The notes under the pieces: generated by a model
Seen by the model: only the letters and a program-made list of their open reading frames with translations
The model's database searches: none
What the model was told of the DNA's origin: nothing
Shown here: piece after piece, positions 27,916 through 37,333 of the stretch
How the letters are laid out: each line of letters begins with the position of its first letter
Numbering within the stretch: position 1 is the stretch's first letter
Translations under genes and position numbers: made by a program
IMG/VR virus record: IMGVR_UViG_2900261899_000001
Coordinates: 1 to 64,000 of that record
Source of the DNA: a virus
Taxonomy: Duplodnaviria > Caudoviricetes
Length of the DNA stretch: 64,000 bases
Strand: one strand, 5' to 3'

Positions 27916-28326
27916 CTAGGCTGCTGCGACGTATCGACAGTCGATTGTGTTCTTCGCGGCGACGACACGTTCGCAGGCTCGTCGGCGGGTCTTCTCGAAT
28001 CTCGATCGCGACCAATCCATTTCCCGGCAGAACTCCGACACCGAGCTACCGATTTCCCCCCGTGTACCGTTCACGCGGGCCCAGAACAGCAGCGCCAATC
28101 GTTCCTTCGACTTGTCGCCCAGTACAGTGCCGGTGAAGGCGACGATGTCGAAGGTCGCATCAGCCTGATCCGGGTTGCAGGTCTTCAGCGTGTTTCCGCG
28201 CGGGGCAAAGACAGGCGTGAACGGCATCGCGCGGAAGGCGGCCTTCAGCCAGAATTCGACGTCCGCGCAGGTCCAGGGATCACCTGTGCGGGCTGGTGGA
28301 TCGGGTCCCCGTGGACGTCGCGGCAT
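27916..28326 (-). CDS. Hypothetical protein, possible Q-like antiterminator
   Basis: WTCADVEFWLKAAF N-terminus and a C-terminal HTH-like segment. Located at the end of the early operon. Confidence 0.45.
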   Translation of the reverse strand: MPRRPRGPDPPARTGDPWTCADVEFWLKAAFRAMPFTPVFAPRGNTLKTCNPDQADATFDIVAFTGTVLGDKSKERLALLFWARVNGTRGEIGSSVSEFCREMDWSRSRFEKTRRRACERVVAAKNTIDCRYVAAA

Positions 28327-28409
28327 TCGTCGCTTTGCTTTTTGACAACTTCAGCGAAAGAGGCCGGCGGCAACGCCGCCAGCCCTCTCGGTCCTGGAGG
28401 ATGTGACGA

Positions 28410-28850
28410 TCAGGCCGCCGCCTGATCCGCCCGGGCGCCCGGCTGTCCGAGCCCGATCGATTTCGCGAGGGCCGAGCGCTGCGCCGAGTAGTTCGCCGCC
28501 GTCATCGGATAGTCGGCCGGCAGGCCCCACTTCGCCCTGTAGCCGTCCGGCGAGAGACCGCGCAGGGTCAGGTGCCGGCGCAGCGTCTTGTAGGATTTGC
28601 CGTCCTCGAAGCTGACCAGCGCGTCGGGCGTGACCGATTTCCGGATCTCGGACGCCGTGGCCTTCTGGGTCTCGGGCTCGGCCGGCGCCGCGGGGGCGCC
28701 GCCGAGCTGCATCACGGTCTCGAACACCGTGCCCAACAGCTTCGGCAGTTCGGCGGCGGGCAGGGAGTTGTGCGCCACGTAGGAGGACACGATGCCGACG
28801 GCGAGGTCGGTGGCGGTGTTCGGTGTGATCGTCGTCGTCGTCATGGGCAT
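28410..28850 (-). CDS. mucR: MucR/Ros family transcriptional regulator
   Basis: IVSSYVAHN...IRKSVTPDALVSFEDGKSYKTLRRHL...YRAKWGLPADYPMTAANYS..RS.LAKSIGLG. Confidence 0.95.
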   Translation of the reverse strand: MPMTTTTITPNTATDLAVGIVSSYVAHNSLPAAELPKLLGTVFETVMQLGGAPAAPAEPETQKATASEIRKSVTPDALVSFEDGKSYKTLRRHLTLRGLSPDGYRAKWGLPADYPMTAANYSAQRSALAKSIGLGQPGARADQAAA

Positions 28851-28855
28851 TTCCT

Positions 28856-29401
28856 TCAGGTCCGGTGTTCAGGGGTGTGAGCCCCCGGCGAGGCCGCCGC
28901 AGGGGTTTCGAACCGCCGGACGCGGTTCGGATCTCGTTGGGTGAGGGTGCGAAAGCGCGCCACGGCGGTGCAGAGTGAGACGCGCACGCTGGCGCGCGCC
29001 GCAGCGGCCTTTGCGGGATCGGCGCTCGGCCAGCCGCGGACCTCGGCCATGAGGGCCTCGTACTGCGGCCAGAGCAGACCACTGTTCCAGACGAGCCCGC
29101 CCTCGACGGCGATCAGGATGTGGTGTGCCCAGGCATCCCGGAGCGCTTCCCAAAACGTGCACCGGACCATCGGGCGGTCGGTCCAGTAGACCTCCGGCCG
29201 AGCCGGGCTGCGAAACCCGAAGAACGCGACCATGCCGGCGTCGCTGTTCCAGACGTCGGGATGGTTCAGGGCGCCGTGCGTGGTGTGGCCGGTCGTCCAA
29301 AGATGGACGTCGGCGAGGTCGCCCACCGCGTCGCGCGCGCCGGGGATGACCTTCGGCAGGTCGCATTCGAAGGTGTCGGACCAGAACGGCCGCCCGCTCA
29401 T
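28856..29401 (-). CDS. Hypothetical protein
   Basis: Coupled by ATGA. Confidence 0.55.
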   Translation of the reverse strand: MSGRPFWSDTFECDLPKVIPGARDAVGDLADVHLWTTGHTTHGALNHPDVWNSDAGMVAFFGFRSPARPEVYWTDRPMVRCTFWEALRDAWAHHILIAVEGGLVWNSGLLWPQYEALMAEVRGWPSADPAKAAAARASVRVSLCTAVARFRTLTQRDPNRVRRFETPAAASPGAHTPEHRT

Positions 29402-29616
29402 GGCCGCGCTCCATGTGCGATCGCGACGGCCAGCACCCACTCCGCGAAGCGCAGCAACTCCTTCGGATCGAGATGGGCGTCGACGTCGATACCCTCGCCC
29501 GGGACGCCCATGGTGATGACCGCCCCCTCGGCCGTGCGCTCGGCTGCGATGTCGGCCGAGCCGTAGGTGCCGGCGATGACGATGCGATGCAGGCCGTCCT
29601 GCGATTCAGCGGGCAT
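29398..29616 (-). CDS. Hypothetical protein
   Basis: Coupled. Confidence 0.5.
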   Translation of the reverse strand: MPAESQDGLHRIVIAGTYGSADIAAERTAEGAVITMGVPGEGIDVDAHLDPKELLRFAEWVLAVAIAHGARP

Positions 29617-30037
29617 GGTGCACTCCCTTGAATTCCCAGAGCGGGATCGCGTCCCCCGGGTTCGTCACCCCGCGGAAGGTCGAACGGGTCTCCTTGCGGC
29701 CGAGCACGATCTCGGTGCCCGTCATCGCGACCACCCGGTGCGGGTAGACCGTGACGAGCGCGCCCGTGCTGTCGACGCGCAGCGCGCCGGCGGCGCGGTG
29801 CACCCCGAAGAGGCCGTTCGTGTCCCAGCCGAGCCGCACGGCCTCCTCGCCCCATTCGTCGAGGAAGGCGAGCATGGCGCGATGGACAGCGGTCCAGACG
29901 CCCGTCCGCCCGCGCGGGCCCGGCTCGGTCCAGATGAAGCCGGGGCACGGAATGCGATCCGGTGACAGCGACAGGACGCCCGCGCGCCAAGCTGCAACGA
30001 CCTGCTGCTCGGGGGAGAGGGCGATTGCAGCGCTCAT
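29606..30037 (-). CDS. Hypothetical protein
   Basis: FLDEWGEEAVRLGWDTNGLFGVH pattern. Coupled. Confidence 0.6.
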   Translation of the reverse strand: MSAAIALSPEQQVVAAWRAGVLSLSPDRIPCPGFIWTEPGPRGRTGVWTAVHRAMLAFLDEWGEEAVRLGWDTNGLFGVHRAAGALRVDSTGALVTVYPHRVVAMTGTEIVLGRKETRSTFRGVTNPGDAIPLWEFKGVHHAR

Positions 30038-30717
30038 GCGGCACCCCGCGCGAGGTAACGTTCGGCCAGGAGGCGTATGCGGGACTCGTCGGAATAGACG
30101 TGCTGCACGCCGGCCAGCGGGTCGGTGACGCCCCATTGCGGTGCCGGTCGAGCCGCTTCGAGCGCGAGGTCGGCGACAACATCGACGCTGGTCTCCTCGC
30201 CGCGGGCGACCATGCGCAGTGCGACCGCCGCCCAGTCGAACAGGAACCAGGGGTTCCCGCAGCACCGCCGGCAGTGATCGCACCAGCGGGTCAGCGCCCG
30301 CAGCCAGACGTCCTGCTGGCCGCGCTGCTCTGGAACGATCTGAGCCAACGTCGATGGCGGCAGCCGGCCGAGGTGATAGATCGTCGGCCAGCGCACCGGG
30401 TGCAGCACGCTCGGGACGAGGCGGCGCAGCTGGTAGCCGCAGCCGTAAAAGCTCATCACGTCGCGCAGCTTGTCGCCGCGCTCGCACTTCATCCGCATCG
30501 GCGGCCCAGCGAACATCTGCGCGCTGCGCGCCGCCCGTGCCCCGGTGTGCCCGGCGTTGGCGGACAGCACGATCACGGGGGCCTGCCCGATGTAGTCGAG
30601 CGCTCGGGGGTGACAGCCGGCCATCGCCGCCGCCACGCGGTGCAGGGCGGAATTGCCGAACATCTTCTTCGCCGTGCGCTCGGCGGTCCCACGGTCCCAG
30701 GCCGTGCTCGCGTTCAT
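30034..30717 (-). CDS. Hypothetical protein
   Basis: Coupled by ATGA on both sides. Confidence 0.55.
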   Translation of the reverse strand: MNASTAWDRGTAERTAKKMFGNSALHRVAAAMAGCHPRALDYIGQAPVIVLSANAGHTGARAARSAQMFAGPPMRMKCERGDKLRDVMSFYGCGYQLRRLVPSVLHPVRWPTIYHLGRLPPSTLAQIVPEQRGQQDVWLRALTRWCDHCRRCCGNPWFLFDWAAVALRMVARGEETSVDVVADLALEAARPAPQWGVTDPLAGVQHVYSDESRIRLLAERYLARGAA

Positions 30718-31712
30718 GCCCGCGCTCCCGAAGCATGGTCGCCCGGCGGGACGTACCGCTGCGCCGCCGCCTCGACCCGCGCGATCAGGTCGTCGAAGAT
30801 CGTGGCGAGGGCGGTGTTCTCGTCCTTCGAGAGATCGTCGCGGAAGGCCTGGAGCGCGGCAGCGCCCAGATCGGCCGCGGCCCGTGCGTCGGCGAAAAGC
30901 CGTTCCCGACCGGCGGCCGGTCGAGGGGATGCGGCAGCCCCAGGCAGGGCCCGTCCCGCTTGGGCACTGCCGCGGCCGCTCTTCGCATCGAGGCGCCCCA
31001 TCAGGTCGCCCAGCGCGAAGTGCCCGTCGAACCGCTTCAGGTCGGCGACGCCCGCGCGGAACGTCGCCTCGCGGACCTCGGCGATGTGGGTCGGCGTCGG
31101 GCGGGCGCGGTCGGCGTCCTCCGCGAAGGCGGCCCGCTCGCGGGCGAACCGCGCCATCTCGGCGGCGACCCGCGCCTGATCGGCTTCGGTCGGCGGATCG
31201 TAGACCTCCGCCTCGAGCACCCGCCGGATGTGCAGGAGCTTCGTGCGCAGCGGGATCAGCCCGGCCCGGACCTCGTCGGCGAACTGGGCCGAGTTCGGCC
31301 GCCACTTCGGGTCCCAGGCCGTGAGCGTCGTCTTGGCCCCGAACCGCCGAGCCGCCGCCTCGATGCCCGCGAGCGGCAGGCCTTTGACCGCCTCGACGAA
31401 CTCGTTGTCCCGGATTCGGGCGTCGATCTCGCTGACGCGCCCGATCTCGAAGTTGAGGTTGAGCCGCGTCACGATCACCTCGACCGCCCCACGATCGGTC
31501 CAGGGCGCCAGGTCCTGCTCAAGCCGGTTTTGCACGGCGCAGAGTGCGCGCCGCTCGGTGGTCGTAGCCGCCAGCGAACGCAGCACGACGAACCGGTTCG
31601 GACGGCTCGGCATCGCCTCCAGACGGCCATGGAGGGTCTCGATCTTCGCCTCCGCTTCCCGAAAGGTCATCGAGCGGGATGAGGTCGTCGTCGGAACGAG
31701 GTCCTGAGCCAT
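30714..31712 (-). CDS. Replication-associated protein (helicase-loader position)
   Basis: Immediately downstream of the initiator. GLPLAGIEAAARRF...WRPNSAQF segment. Confidence 0.55.
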   Translation of the reverse strand: MAQDLVPTTTSSRSMTFREAEAKIETLHGRLEAMPSRPNRFVVLRSLAATTTERRALCAVQNRLEQDLAPWTDRGAVEVIVTRLNLNFEIGRVSEIDARIRDNEFVEAVKGLPLAGIEAAARRFGAKTTLTAWDPKWRPNSAQFADEVRAGLIPLRTKLLHIRRVLEAEVYDPPTEADQARVAAEMARFARERAAFAEDADRARPTPTHIAEVREATFRAGVADLKRFDGHFALGDLMGRLDAKSGRGSAQAGRALPGAAASPRPAAGRERLFADARAAADLGAAALQAFRDDLSKDENTALATIFDDLIARVEAAAQRYVPPGDHASGARA

Positions 31713-32550
31713 GGTCCTGGGCTCCCGAGAGCTGTGCGTGGAGGTCGATGAGGCGGGCGGCGCGGGGGGAGACGCGGTCGGGGGGCGGGTCGCGGGGGGA
31801 GCGCCGGAGGCCCTGGTCGCCGGACAGCTGCTCCTGGCGGCGACGGATCTGGCCCTCGACCCACATCGTCGGGTCGGCGACTTCGCGTTCGTCGGCAGCC
31901 TCGACGAGGTCGAGCACCACCTTCGCGTCGTCTTGGACACGGGACAGCCAGATCCCGACTGTGCCGCGGGCAGAGCGATCGTTCTTCCCGGTGATCGCGC
32001 ACAAAATGGCGACCGACCGTTCGATCATCTTCCGACGTGACGAGGGTTTCCGTTCGACGTCCTGATCGTCGCGAGCATCTGCGGCTTCCGGGAAAAGCGG
32101 AACCGGTAGGGAATCCTTCTGTCGGTTCCCTTGTCGGTTAGATGTCGGTTCAAACGTAGTGTGTCCGGAACGGCGTTCCGGGGGGGCCGGAAACCGGTTC
32201 CTACCCCCCTGGAAGCTCTTTCCGGGGGGGGCGCTGCTGTTGTCCTGACATGCGTTGGCGGAGAGAAGACTTGGTTGGGCTGCTCCAAGTCTCAAGGTCA
32301 GGATGTCCGTAGAGCGGCCACCGTCTTTCCGCGATCGCTCCTCACGCACCAGCAGGCCGCGTTCTTCCAGCGTGGCTAGTGCAGCGCGAACAGTCCGATC
32401 TGTCAGTTCGGTGTGGCGCGCGATCTCCCCCTGAGAACGCCAAGTCTGGCCGTCGTCATCAGCAAAAAAAGCGACAGCGTTCAAGACAGCTTTGACGGAG
32501 GAACTACCCGCTTTGATGTGCTGCGCCCAGATCTGCGCCTTATAGGACAT
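31519..32550 (-). CDS. Phage replication initiator (N-terminal HTH_36, lambda O-like)
   Basis: KAVLNAVAFFADDDGQTWRSQGEIARHTELTDRTVRAALATLEERGLL. Central linker carries iterons. Confidence 0.8.
   Translation of the reverse strand: MSYKAQIWAQHIKAGSSSVKAVLNAVAFFADDDGQTWRSQGEIARHTELTDRTVRAALATLEERGLLVREERSRKDGGRSTDILTLRLGAAQPSLLSANACQDNSSAPPGKSFQGGRNRFPAPPERRSGHTTFEPTSNRQGNRQKDSLPVPLFPEAADARDDQDVERKPSSRRKMIERSVAILCAITGKNDRSARGTVGIWLSRVQDDAKVVLDLVEAADEREVADPTMWVEGQIRRRQEQLSGDQGLRRSPRDPPPDRVSPRAARLIDLHAQLSGAQDHGSGPRSDDDLIPLDDLSGSGGEDRDPPWPSGGDAEPSEPVRRAAFAGGYDHRAARTLRRAKPA
32120..32223. repeat. Putative phage origin iterons inside the initiator gene
   Basis: GGAA-N5-TTCC at 32167, 32189 and 32211 (22-bp period). 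TGTCGGTT at 32120, 32132 and 32143. Confidence 0.65.
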
Positions 32551-33136
32551 CGATGTCCTCCGCCGATGGCGCAATCTTGCTCGAAGACTGTTGCCACTCC
32601 TCGATGAGCTTGGCGCCCTTCGAGCGGTTACAGGGGCGGCAGGCCACGCCGAGGTTGTCCGGATGATCCGAACCTCCCCGCGCGCGGGCCAAGATGTGAT
32701 CGATTTCGAATGGGCCTTCGTCGTCGAGGCAGTACCGACAAAAGGAGCCGTCACGGCCGAAGACGAGCTCGCGGAGGGCCTGCCAGTTCGGTGGCGCCCG
32801 CCGACCGATCAGGTAAGGGTTTGGCTCGAGCAGGTGTGCGGCATGTGATCCGCGCCACGCTAGTTCCGCGTGGGTTTCCGGCATGTCGAGGCGGCCGTCG
32901 ACGGTAAGAACGACCTTACCAGCCTCACCCAGAACCGCGAGCGTTTCCGCAACCTTGCGAGGCGGCAACTTGGTAGCCGCTGCGAGCGACCCGACGTCAT
33001 CGGCGACTGGACCGCCTTGGGCATGGATCCGAAGCATGAGGGTGACGTACGTCCACCCTTCGTGCGTAAGCATGCCAGCGATCTCGCTGAGCGCAGCCGA
33101 CGGCCTAAGGCGGAACCAGGATATGCGCCTCGTCAT
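32540..33136 (-). CDS. DUF1376/YdaU-like N-terminus fused to an HNH endonuclease
   Basis: WFRL...EGWTYVTLML, then CRYC...EIDHILARARGGSDHPDNLGVACRPCNRSKG. Confidence 0.75.
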   Translation of the reverse strand: MTRRISWFRLRPSAALSEIAGMLTHEGWTYVTLMLRIHAQGGPVADDVGSLAAATKLPPRKVAETLAVLGEAGKVVLTVDGRLDMPETHAELAWRGSHAAHLLEPNPYLIGRRAPPNWQALRELVFGRDGSFCRYCLDDEGPFEIDHILARARGGSDHPDNLGVACRPCNRSKGAKLIEEWQQSSSKIAPSAEDIDVL

Positions 33137-33921
33137 GACGCCTCCCCGTCCGGCTCAACCGGATCGAACAGCGGCGTCTCCGCCTCCCAGGCGTAGCGGC
33201 GGATGTCCTCGACGGTCAGGAAGCGGCGCTTCTGGCCCGGCGGCAGCCAGACGAAGGCGGGATCGCGCGCAGCGTGGAAGCCCGCAGTGGCGCGCTCCTT
33301 GACCCAGACGACCCAGACGTAGTCCGTCGCCGTCGAGCCGCCGGGAACCCAGCGGCCGCGGTGCATCGGGACGCGCTCGGCGTACTGGACGATGAGCGTC
33401 GGCGGATGGTGCGCGAAGACCTCGAGGTAGCGGTCCTCGGTGGCGAGCCACTGGGTGCGCACGAGGACGGCGACGCCCACCCGTGCCAGTTCCAGTCCGT
33501 GCAGGACGAACTGAGCAGCCGGATTGAAAGGCGGGTTGGTGACGAGCCAGTCGATGCCGTAGGGCGCCGGCAGGGCGTCATCGAGGAAGTCGCGCACGCC
33601 GCCCCAGCCGGGCGGGTGGGGTTCGCGGACGCCGCCATGCGCGAAGACGTCGGTGGCCAGGACCTCGCCGAAGTAGTCCTGCAGCGGGCCCGACATATGC
33701 CCCTGCCCGCAAGCCGGATCCCAAGCGTGTTGGTACCGGTTCGCGAGATGGCGTTCCTGCAGCAGCGTGCAGAAGGCCCGCGTCGCCCACGGGGGCGTCG
33801 GGAAGAACTCCAGCGAGTCCGGCGGCTCGCGGCGCTGGCCCATGATCGAGCGGGCGCCACCGGGGAGAACCGCCGGCGTGCAGGCTTTGGCACCGGCCGT
33901 GACGATCTTCGGGGCGCTCAT
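33133..33921 (-). CDS. Putative DNA amino-methyltransferase
   Basis: FFPTPPW, WDPACGQG and VTNPPF. Confidence 0.8.
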   Translation of the reverse strand: MSAPKIVTAGAKACTPAVLPGGARSIMGQRREPPDSLEFFPTPPWATRAFCTLLQERHLANRYQHAWDPACGQGHMSGPLQDYFGEVLATDVFAHGGVREPHPPGWGGVRDFLDDALPAPYGIDWLVTNPPFNPAAQFVLHGLELARVGVAVLVRTQWLATEDRYLEVFAHHPPTLIVQYAERVPMHRGRWVPGGSTATDYVWVVWVKERATAGFHAARDPAFVWLPPGQKRRFLTVEDIRRYAWEAETPLFDPVEPDGEAS

Positions 33922-35162
33922 GCCGATGCTCCGATGAGAAGCGGCTGCACGGTCCCGTCGGGGAAGATCGCGTCCATCGGGAGATCGGCGACCGGCTCGT
34001 CACCGGTCCAGCGCTGCGGCCATGTGCCGAGGTCGATCAGCTCGCGGATGCGAGCCTCCTCCTCCCCGTTCAGCAGATCGACGACGGGCCGATCGAGGCG
34101 GGCGGCCTCCGCATTGCAGGTGGCCTGGATCGCCAGGATGCGTTCGAGCGCGTCGAGCCGGGCCGGAAGCGTGATTGGCCCCATGCGCTGCTGGTTCGGG
34201 ACAAGTGTCCCGTCGCGGCGGGTCTCGCCGCCGGGCTGGCGCAGACGGTTTCGGGGCAGCCGAAGCTCCCGGTAGATCGGGCGCAGACCGAGCAGCGGGC
34301 GCAGGTACGACCAGGCCGGAAGCTCGACAACGGCTTCGAGCGCCTTGTCCTGGCTCGCGAGCGGGCAGCCGATGCAGCCGGTTCGGGCGTTGCGATCCTC
34401 GGCGTCGTCACCACCGTAGGCGTCGGCGAGCATGGCCGTCGCCCATCCGCCGTAGGCCTGCATCGGCGCGAAGACCTTCAGCCAGTCCCAGACGTTGCAG
34501 ACCCGCCAGTGCAGGATCGGCGCAAGCGTCGCGATCCGGCCGCGGATGCCCTTCATCCCGGGCAGGACCTGCTGGTACCAACCCTGCCCGCACTCAGCAC
34601 CGTCCTTCGAGCATGACATCTCGATGCGGCGATCGCGGATCGCGCTTTCGCCCTGACGGACGCCCGTGATCGTCAGCACGGTCTCGGTAACGGGCAGGTG
34701 CGCGAGGTCCGCCTCGATCGCCGCCGCCATCGGGTCGATCTTGATCTGCCGCGTGCACCAGCGCAGCGTGTTGTTGTTCGGCGGCGGAACACCGCGGCCG
34801 AGGATGTAGACCAGGAACCGGCGGTCGAGCGGCGCCGTGACGACCCGGACGCGGATCCAGGGGAAGCGCGCCAGTCGAGCCATCACGTCGGCGGCGGCGA
34901 TCGCCAGCGGCGTCAGTTCGAGCCGCGTGTCGGCATAGTAGACCGTGAGCGTCTTCGGACGGGCCAGTCGGCCGGTCTCGATCAGGTGGACGATCAGGGT
35001 CAGCGTTGCCGTCGAGTCCTTGCCGCCCGACCACGCGATCGCCCAGTGGTCGTGCTTCGCCCCGTACTCGGCGAGCGACATCAGCGTCATCTCGACGGCG
35101 TCGTCGTAGACGAGGCGCGTCGCGGTCGCCGTGAACAGGTCGGATTGCGCGCGCGCGTTCAT
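33918..35162 (-). CDS. PAPS-reductase family protein (DndC/SspD-like PP-loop)
   Basis: WSGGKDS, ADTRLE, RWCTRQIKIDP, GVRQGES..R, APILHW and RTGCIGC. Confidence 0.85.
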   Translation of the reverse strand: MNARAQSDLFTATATRLVYDDAVEMTLMSLAEYGAKHDHWAIAWSGGKDSTATLTLIVHLIETGRLARPKTLTVYYADTRLELTPLAIAAADVMARLARFPWIRVRVVTAPLDRRFLVYILGRGVPPPNNNTLRWCTRQIKIDPMAAAIEADLAHLPVTETVLTITGVRQGESAIRDRRIEMSCSKDGAECGQGWYQQVLPGMKGIRGRIATLAPILHWRVCNVWDWLKVFAPMQAYGGWATAMLADAYGGDDAEDRNARTGCIGCPLASQDKALEAVVELPAWSYLRPLLGLRPIYRELRLPRNRLRQPGGETRRDGTLVPNQQRMGPITLPARLDALERILAIQATCNAEAARLDRPVVDLLNGEEEARIRELIDLGTWPQRWTGDEPVADLPMDAIFPDGTVQPLLIGASA

Positions 35163-35839
35163 GCCCCGGCTCCTTCAGCCCGAAGCCGGGCTACATGCGC
35201 CCTCCCTGTCTCGGTCAGCGCCCACCAGTTCGGGCGGACGCGAGCGACAAAGCCGGACTCCTTCAGCGCGGTGAGGCGCACGCTGCCGATCGACCGCGTC
35301 GGCCGATCCGCCGACCGGCCGGTCATCGCGACGCCGAACTGCATGGCGGTGCCGCCGGCATGGCCGAGGCCGGCGAAGACGAGCAGCAGGCGATCGAGGG
35401 CGGTGCGCTGGCGCTCCGCGGCCGTGCGCGCGGCTGTCGGCGAGACCCGGCAGCCAAGACGATGCAGTTCGGCGAGCCCAGCGTCGGTGAGGGTGTAGCG
35501 GGCGTGGCCGGTGCGCGTGACGAGGCCGTGCCGGACGAGCGCCGCCAGAAGGCTGCCGCCGAGAGCGCCGGCTTCGGCCGTGATCAGCGTCGGCTCGAGC
35601 GCATGACCGAGCGTGAGCGGCGAGACGTTGCCGCCGAGATCCGACACGGTCAGCAGGGCGAGTTCGCGCGAGGACTGTCGGGTCGCATCCGGCTCGCACG
35701 ATCCGCTCGCGTGGTCCGCGGGCACAGCCTGGAGGCCGGTCCGGACGACGTCGATCCGCGCGAGCACGGCCTCGGCCGGCGCACCGGCGCGAACGGCATC
35801 GGCAACGGAGGCGATGAGGGTGAGAAGGTCGGCGCTCAT
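35159..35839 (-). CDS. Hypothetical protein with two winged-helix-like repeats
   Basis: LVRHGLV...YTLTDAG and LKESGFV...WALTETG. Confidence 0.55.
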   Translation of the reverse strand: MSADLLTLIASVADAVRAGAPAEAVLARIDVVRTGLQAVPADHASGSCEPDATRQSSRELALLTVSDLGGNVSPLTLGHALEPTLITAEAGALGGSLLAALVRHGLVTRTGHARYTLTDAGLAELHRLGCRVSPTAARTAAERQRTALDRLLLVFAGLGHAGGTAMQFGVAMTGRSADRPTRSIGSVRLTALKESGFVARVRPNWWALTETGRAHVARLRAEGAGA

Positions 35840-36717
35840 CGGATCACCCCGAGATGCGCGGGCCGGCGGACCACGTCGGAGCAGGCGTCGGAGGGCCGGA
35901 CGTCGCGAACGGCAGAGGCCCCGAACGGGCTGCCGCAGACGACGCCGCGCCGGCACGTGCCGGTGAGGTCGCGGCCGACGAAGGCGGTGGCGTAGGCGTC
36001 GAGCTCGCTGCAGCGCAGGGGCGCGTAGCCGCGGATCACCACATCCCTGAAGCCGTAGCGCTCGGCGGTGTTGCGGGCGCCGTCGGGATCGCTGCCGCAG
36101 GCTGACAGCGGCAGCAGGAGCGCGAGGCCGGCCACGGCGCCGACGGTAGGGCTCGAAATAGCTGTGGCCTTCAGGCTGCCAATGAAAGCATCCCGGGCAG
36201 CAATCGCATCATCTATCGTTGCGAACCATCCAACATTAACGCGAATATTGAACCGCCTTACCCGCACACGATAAGGTTTTGCGCTGTTCATTGCAGGCGC
36301 ATACGCAATGCATGCGTGGCCGGTCCTATTGTCTTTACGTACGCTTAGATTCCCATTCTGGACGAAACGATTAGCAGGACGAAGATTTCCAATTCGATTG
36401 TTGCCGCGATCTCTATCTCTGTGGTCAATTTCTTCTGACGGCCAATTCCCTTTGATCAACAGCCAGGCGACACGATGGACTAAGAATCGCTGTCCCTTGA
36501 AGCCGAGTCGTCGATAGCCGTCACCGTTATCGCCGCCGGCTTCGTTGCCGCGCCGGGCATTGGCCGCAACGTCCTTCGACCAAAAGAGCTTGCCGGTAGC
36601 GGCCTCATACCTGAGGCACGACATAAGCTCGGTCGCTACATCGTCGGTCTCCGACCGATAGTCGTTATCATCTGCGTTCTGAGACGCGCCGGAGCGCGAA
36701 AGGGAAAAGGCGATCAT
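35836..36717 (-). CDS. HNH/AP2 endonuclease fused in frame to a lipoprotein-like domain
   Basis: Low-GC part: LRYEAATGKLFW, VHRVAW, IDHRDRDRGNNRIGNLR, AP2-like GWFATIDDAIAARD. High-GC part: LALLLPLSAC lipobox and GY...C...F...GVVC domain. Confidence 0.75.
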   Translation of the reverse strand: MIAFSLSRSGASQNADDNDYRSETDDVATELMSCLRYEAATGKLFWSKDVAANARRGNEAGGDNGDGYRRLGFKGQRFLVHRVAWLLIKGNWPSEEIDHRDRDRGNNRIGNLRPANRFVQNGNLSVRKDNRTGHACIAYAPAMNSAKPYRVRVRRFNIRVNVGWFATIDDAIAARDAFIGSLKATAISSPTVGAVAGLALLLPLSACGSDPDGARNTAERYGFRDVVIRGYAPLRCSELDAYATAFVGRDLTGTCRRGVVCGSPFGASAVRDVRPSDACSDVVRRPAHLGVIR

Positions 36718-36935
36718 GCCGCGCGCGCCTCCGCGTTGAGGTGGCTGGCGGCGGCACGCGCCTCGTCATGCCGGTAGAGGCAGGCCCGGATGCCGTCGCC
36801 GTAGGCCAGTGCGTTGGCGCCGTCGGAACCGGCGACGATCCAGAGCCCGTCGTGCGGCTTGGTGGTGTCGGCCGGCGCGGCCCGGAACGGCTCCTGGCCG
36901 GACGCGAGCAGGACGGCGTTGCCGAGGCGGATCAT
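36714..36935 (-). CDS. Hypothetical protein
   Basis: ATGA coupling. Confidence 0.5.
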   Translation of the reverse strand: MIRLGNAVLLASGQEPFRAAPADTTKPHDGLWIVAGSDGANALAYGDGIRACLYRHDEARAAASHLNAEARAA

Positions 36936-37333
36936 CCTGCGCATGAGGCGGCCTCGCATTCGTCGTTGAGGCGTCGCGCGGCCTCTGCGCCGGCCGGCGT
37001 GATCCGCCAGCCGTCGGGGTCCTTGCGGGCGTGGCCCAGCGCGATGAGCTGCCCGAGGCGCAGTCGGCCATGGCGCTCGACCGCGACCGGCGGCGTGCCC
37101 GGCAGGAGCTTGATCCCCAGCGCCGACGGGCTGCCGATGTGCTGCAGGCGCGCCATCACGCGCAGGGCCGGGGCGAGTTCGGGCGAGCCGGCGCGGGGCC
37201 GGCGGCGAAGCGCCGGCTGCAGGTCGACCTCGACCGCGCGCAGCAGGCGCACGAGCTCGGCGCGCGCCGGCATCGGCTGCATCGTGCCGTCGAGGCGGGC
37301 GATGAGGGTGCGGACGTCGGCGAGGGCTGTCAT
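36932..37333 (-). CDS. Hypothetical protein
   Basis: ATGA coupling. WRITPAG winged-helix-like end. Confidence 0.5.
   Translation of the reverse strand: MTALADVRTLIARLDGTMQPMPARAELVRLLRAVEVDLQPALRRRPRAGSPELAPALRVMARLQHIGSPSALGIKLLPGTPPVAVERHGRLRLGQLIALGHARKDPDGWRITPAGAEAARRLNDECEAASCAG

Noticed and set aside
29962-31682. Long plus-strand ORFs of 405 and 513 aa
   Set aside because: Arg/Pro/Ala-rich shadows opposite a coupled minus-strand operon.
32180-32231. Poly-G/C tracts as phase-variation sites
   Set aside because: The frame is intact and the tracts are the spacers of the 22-bp iteron array.
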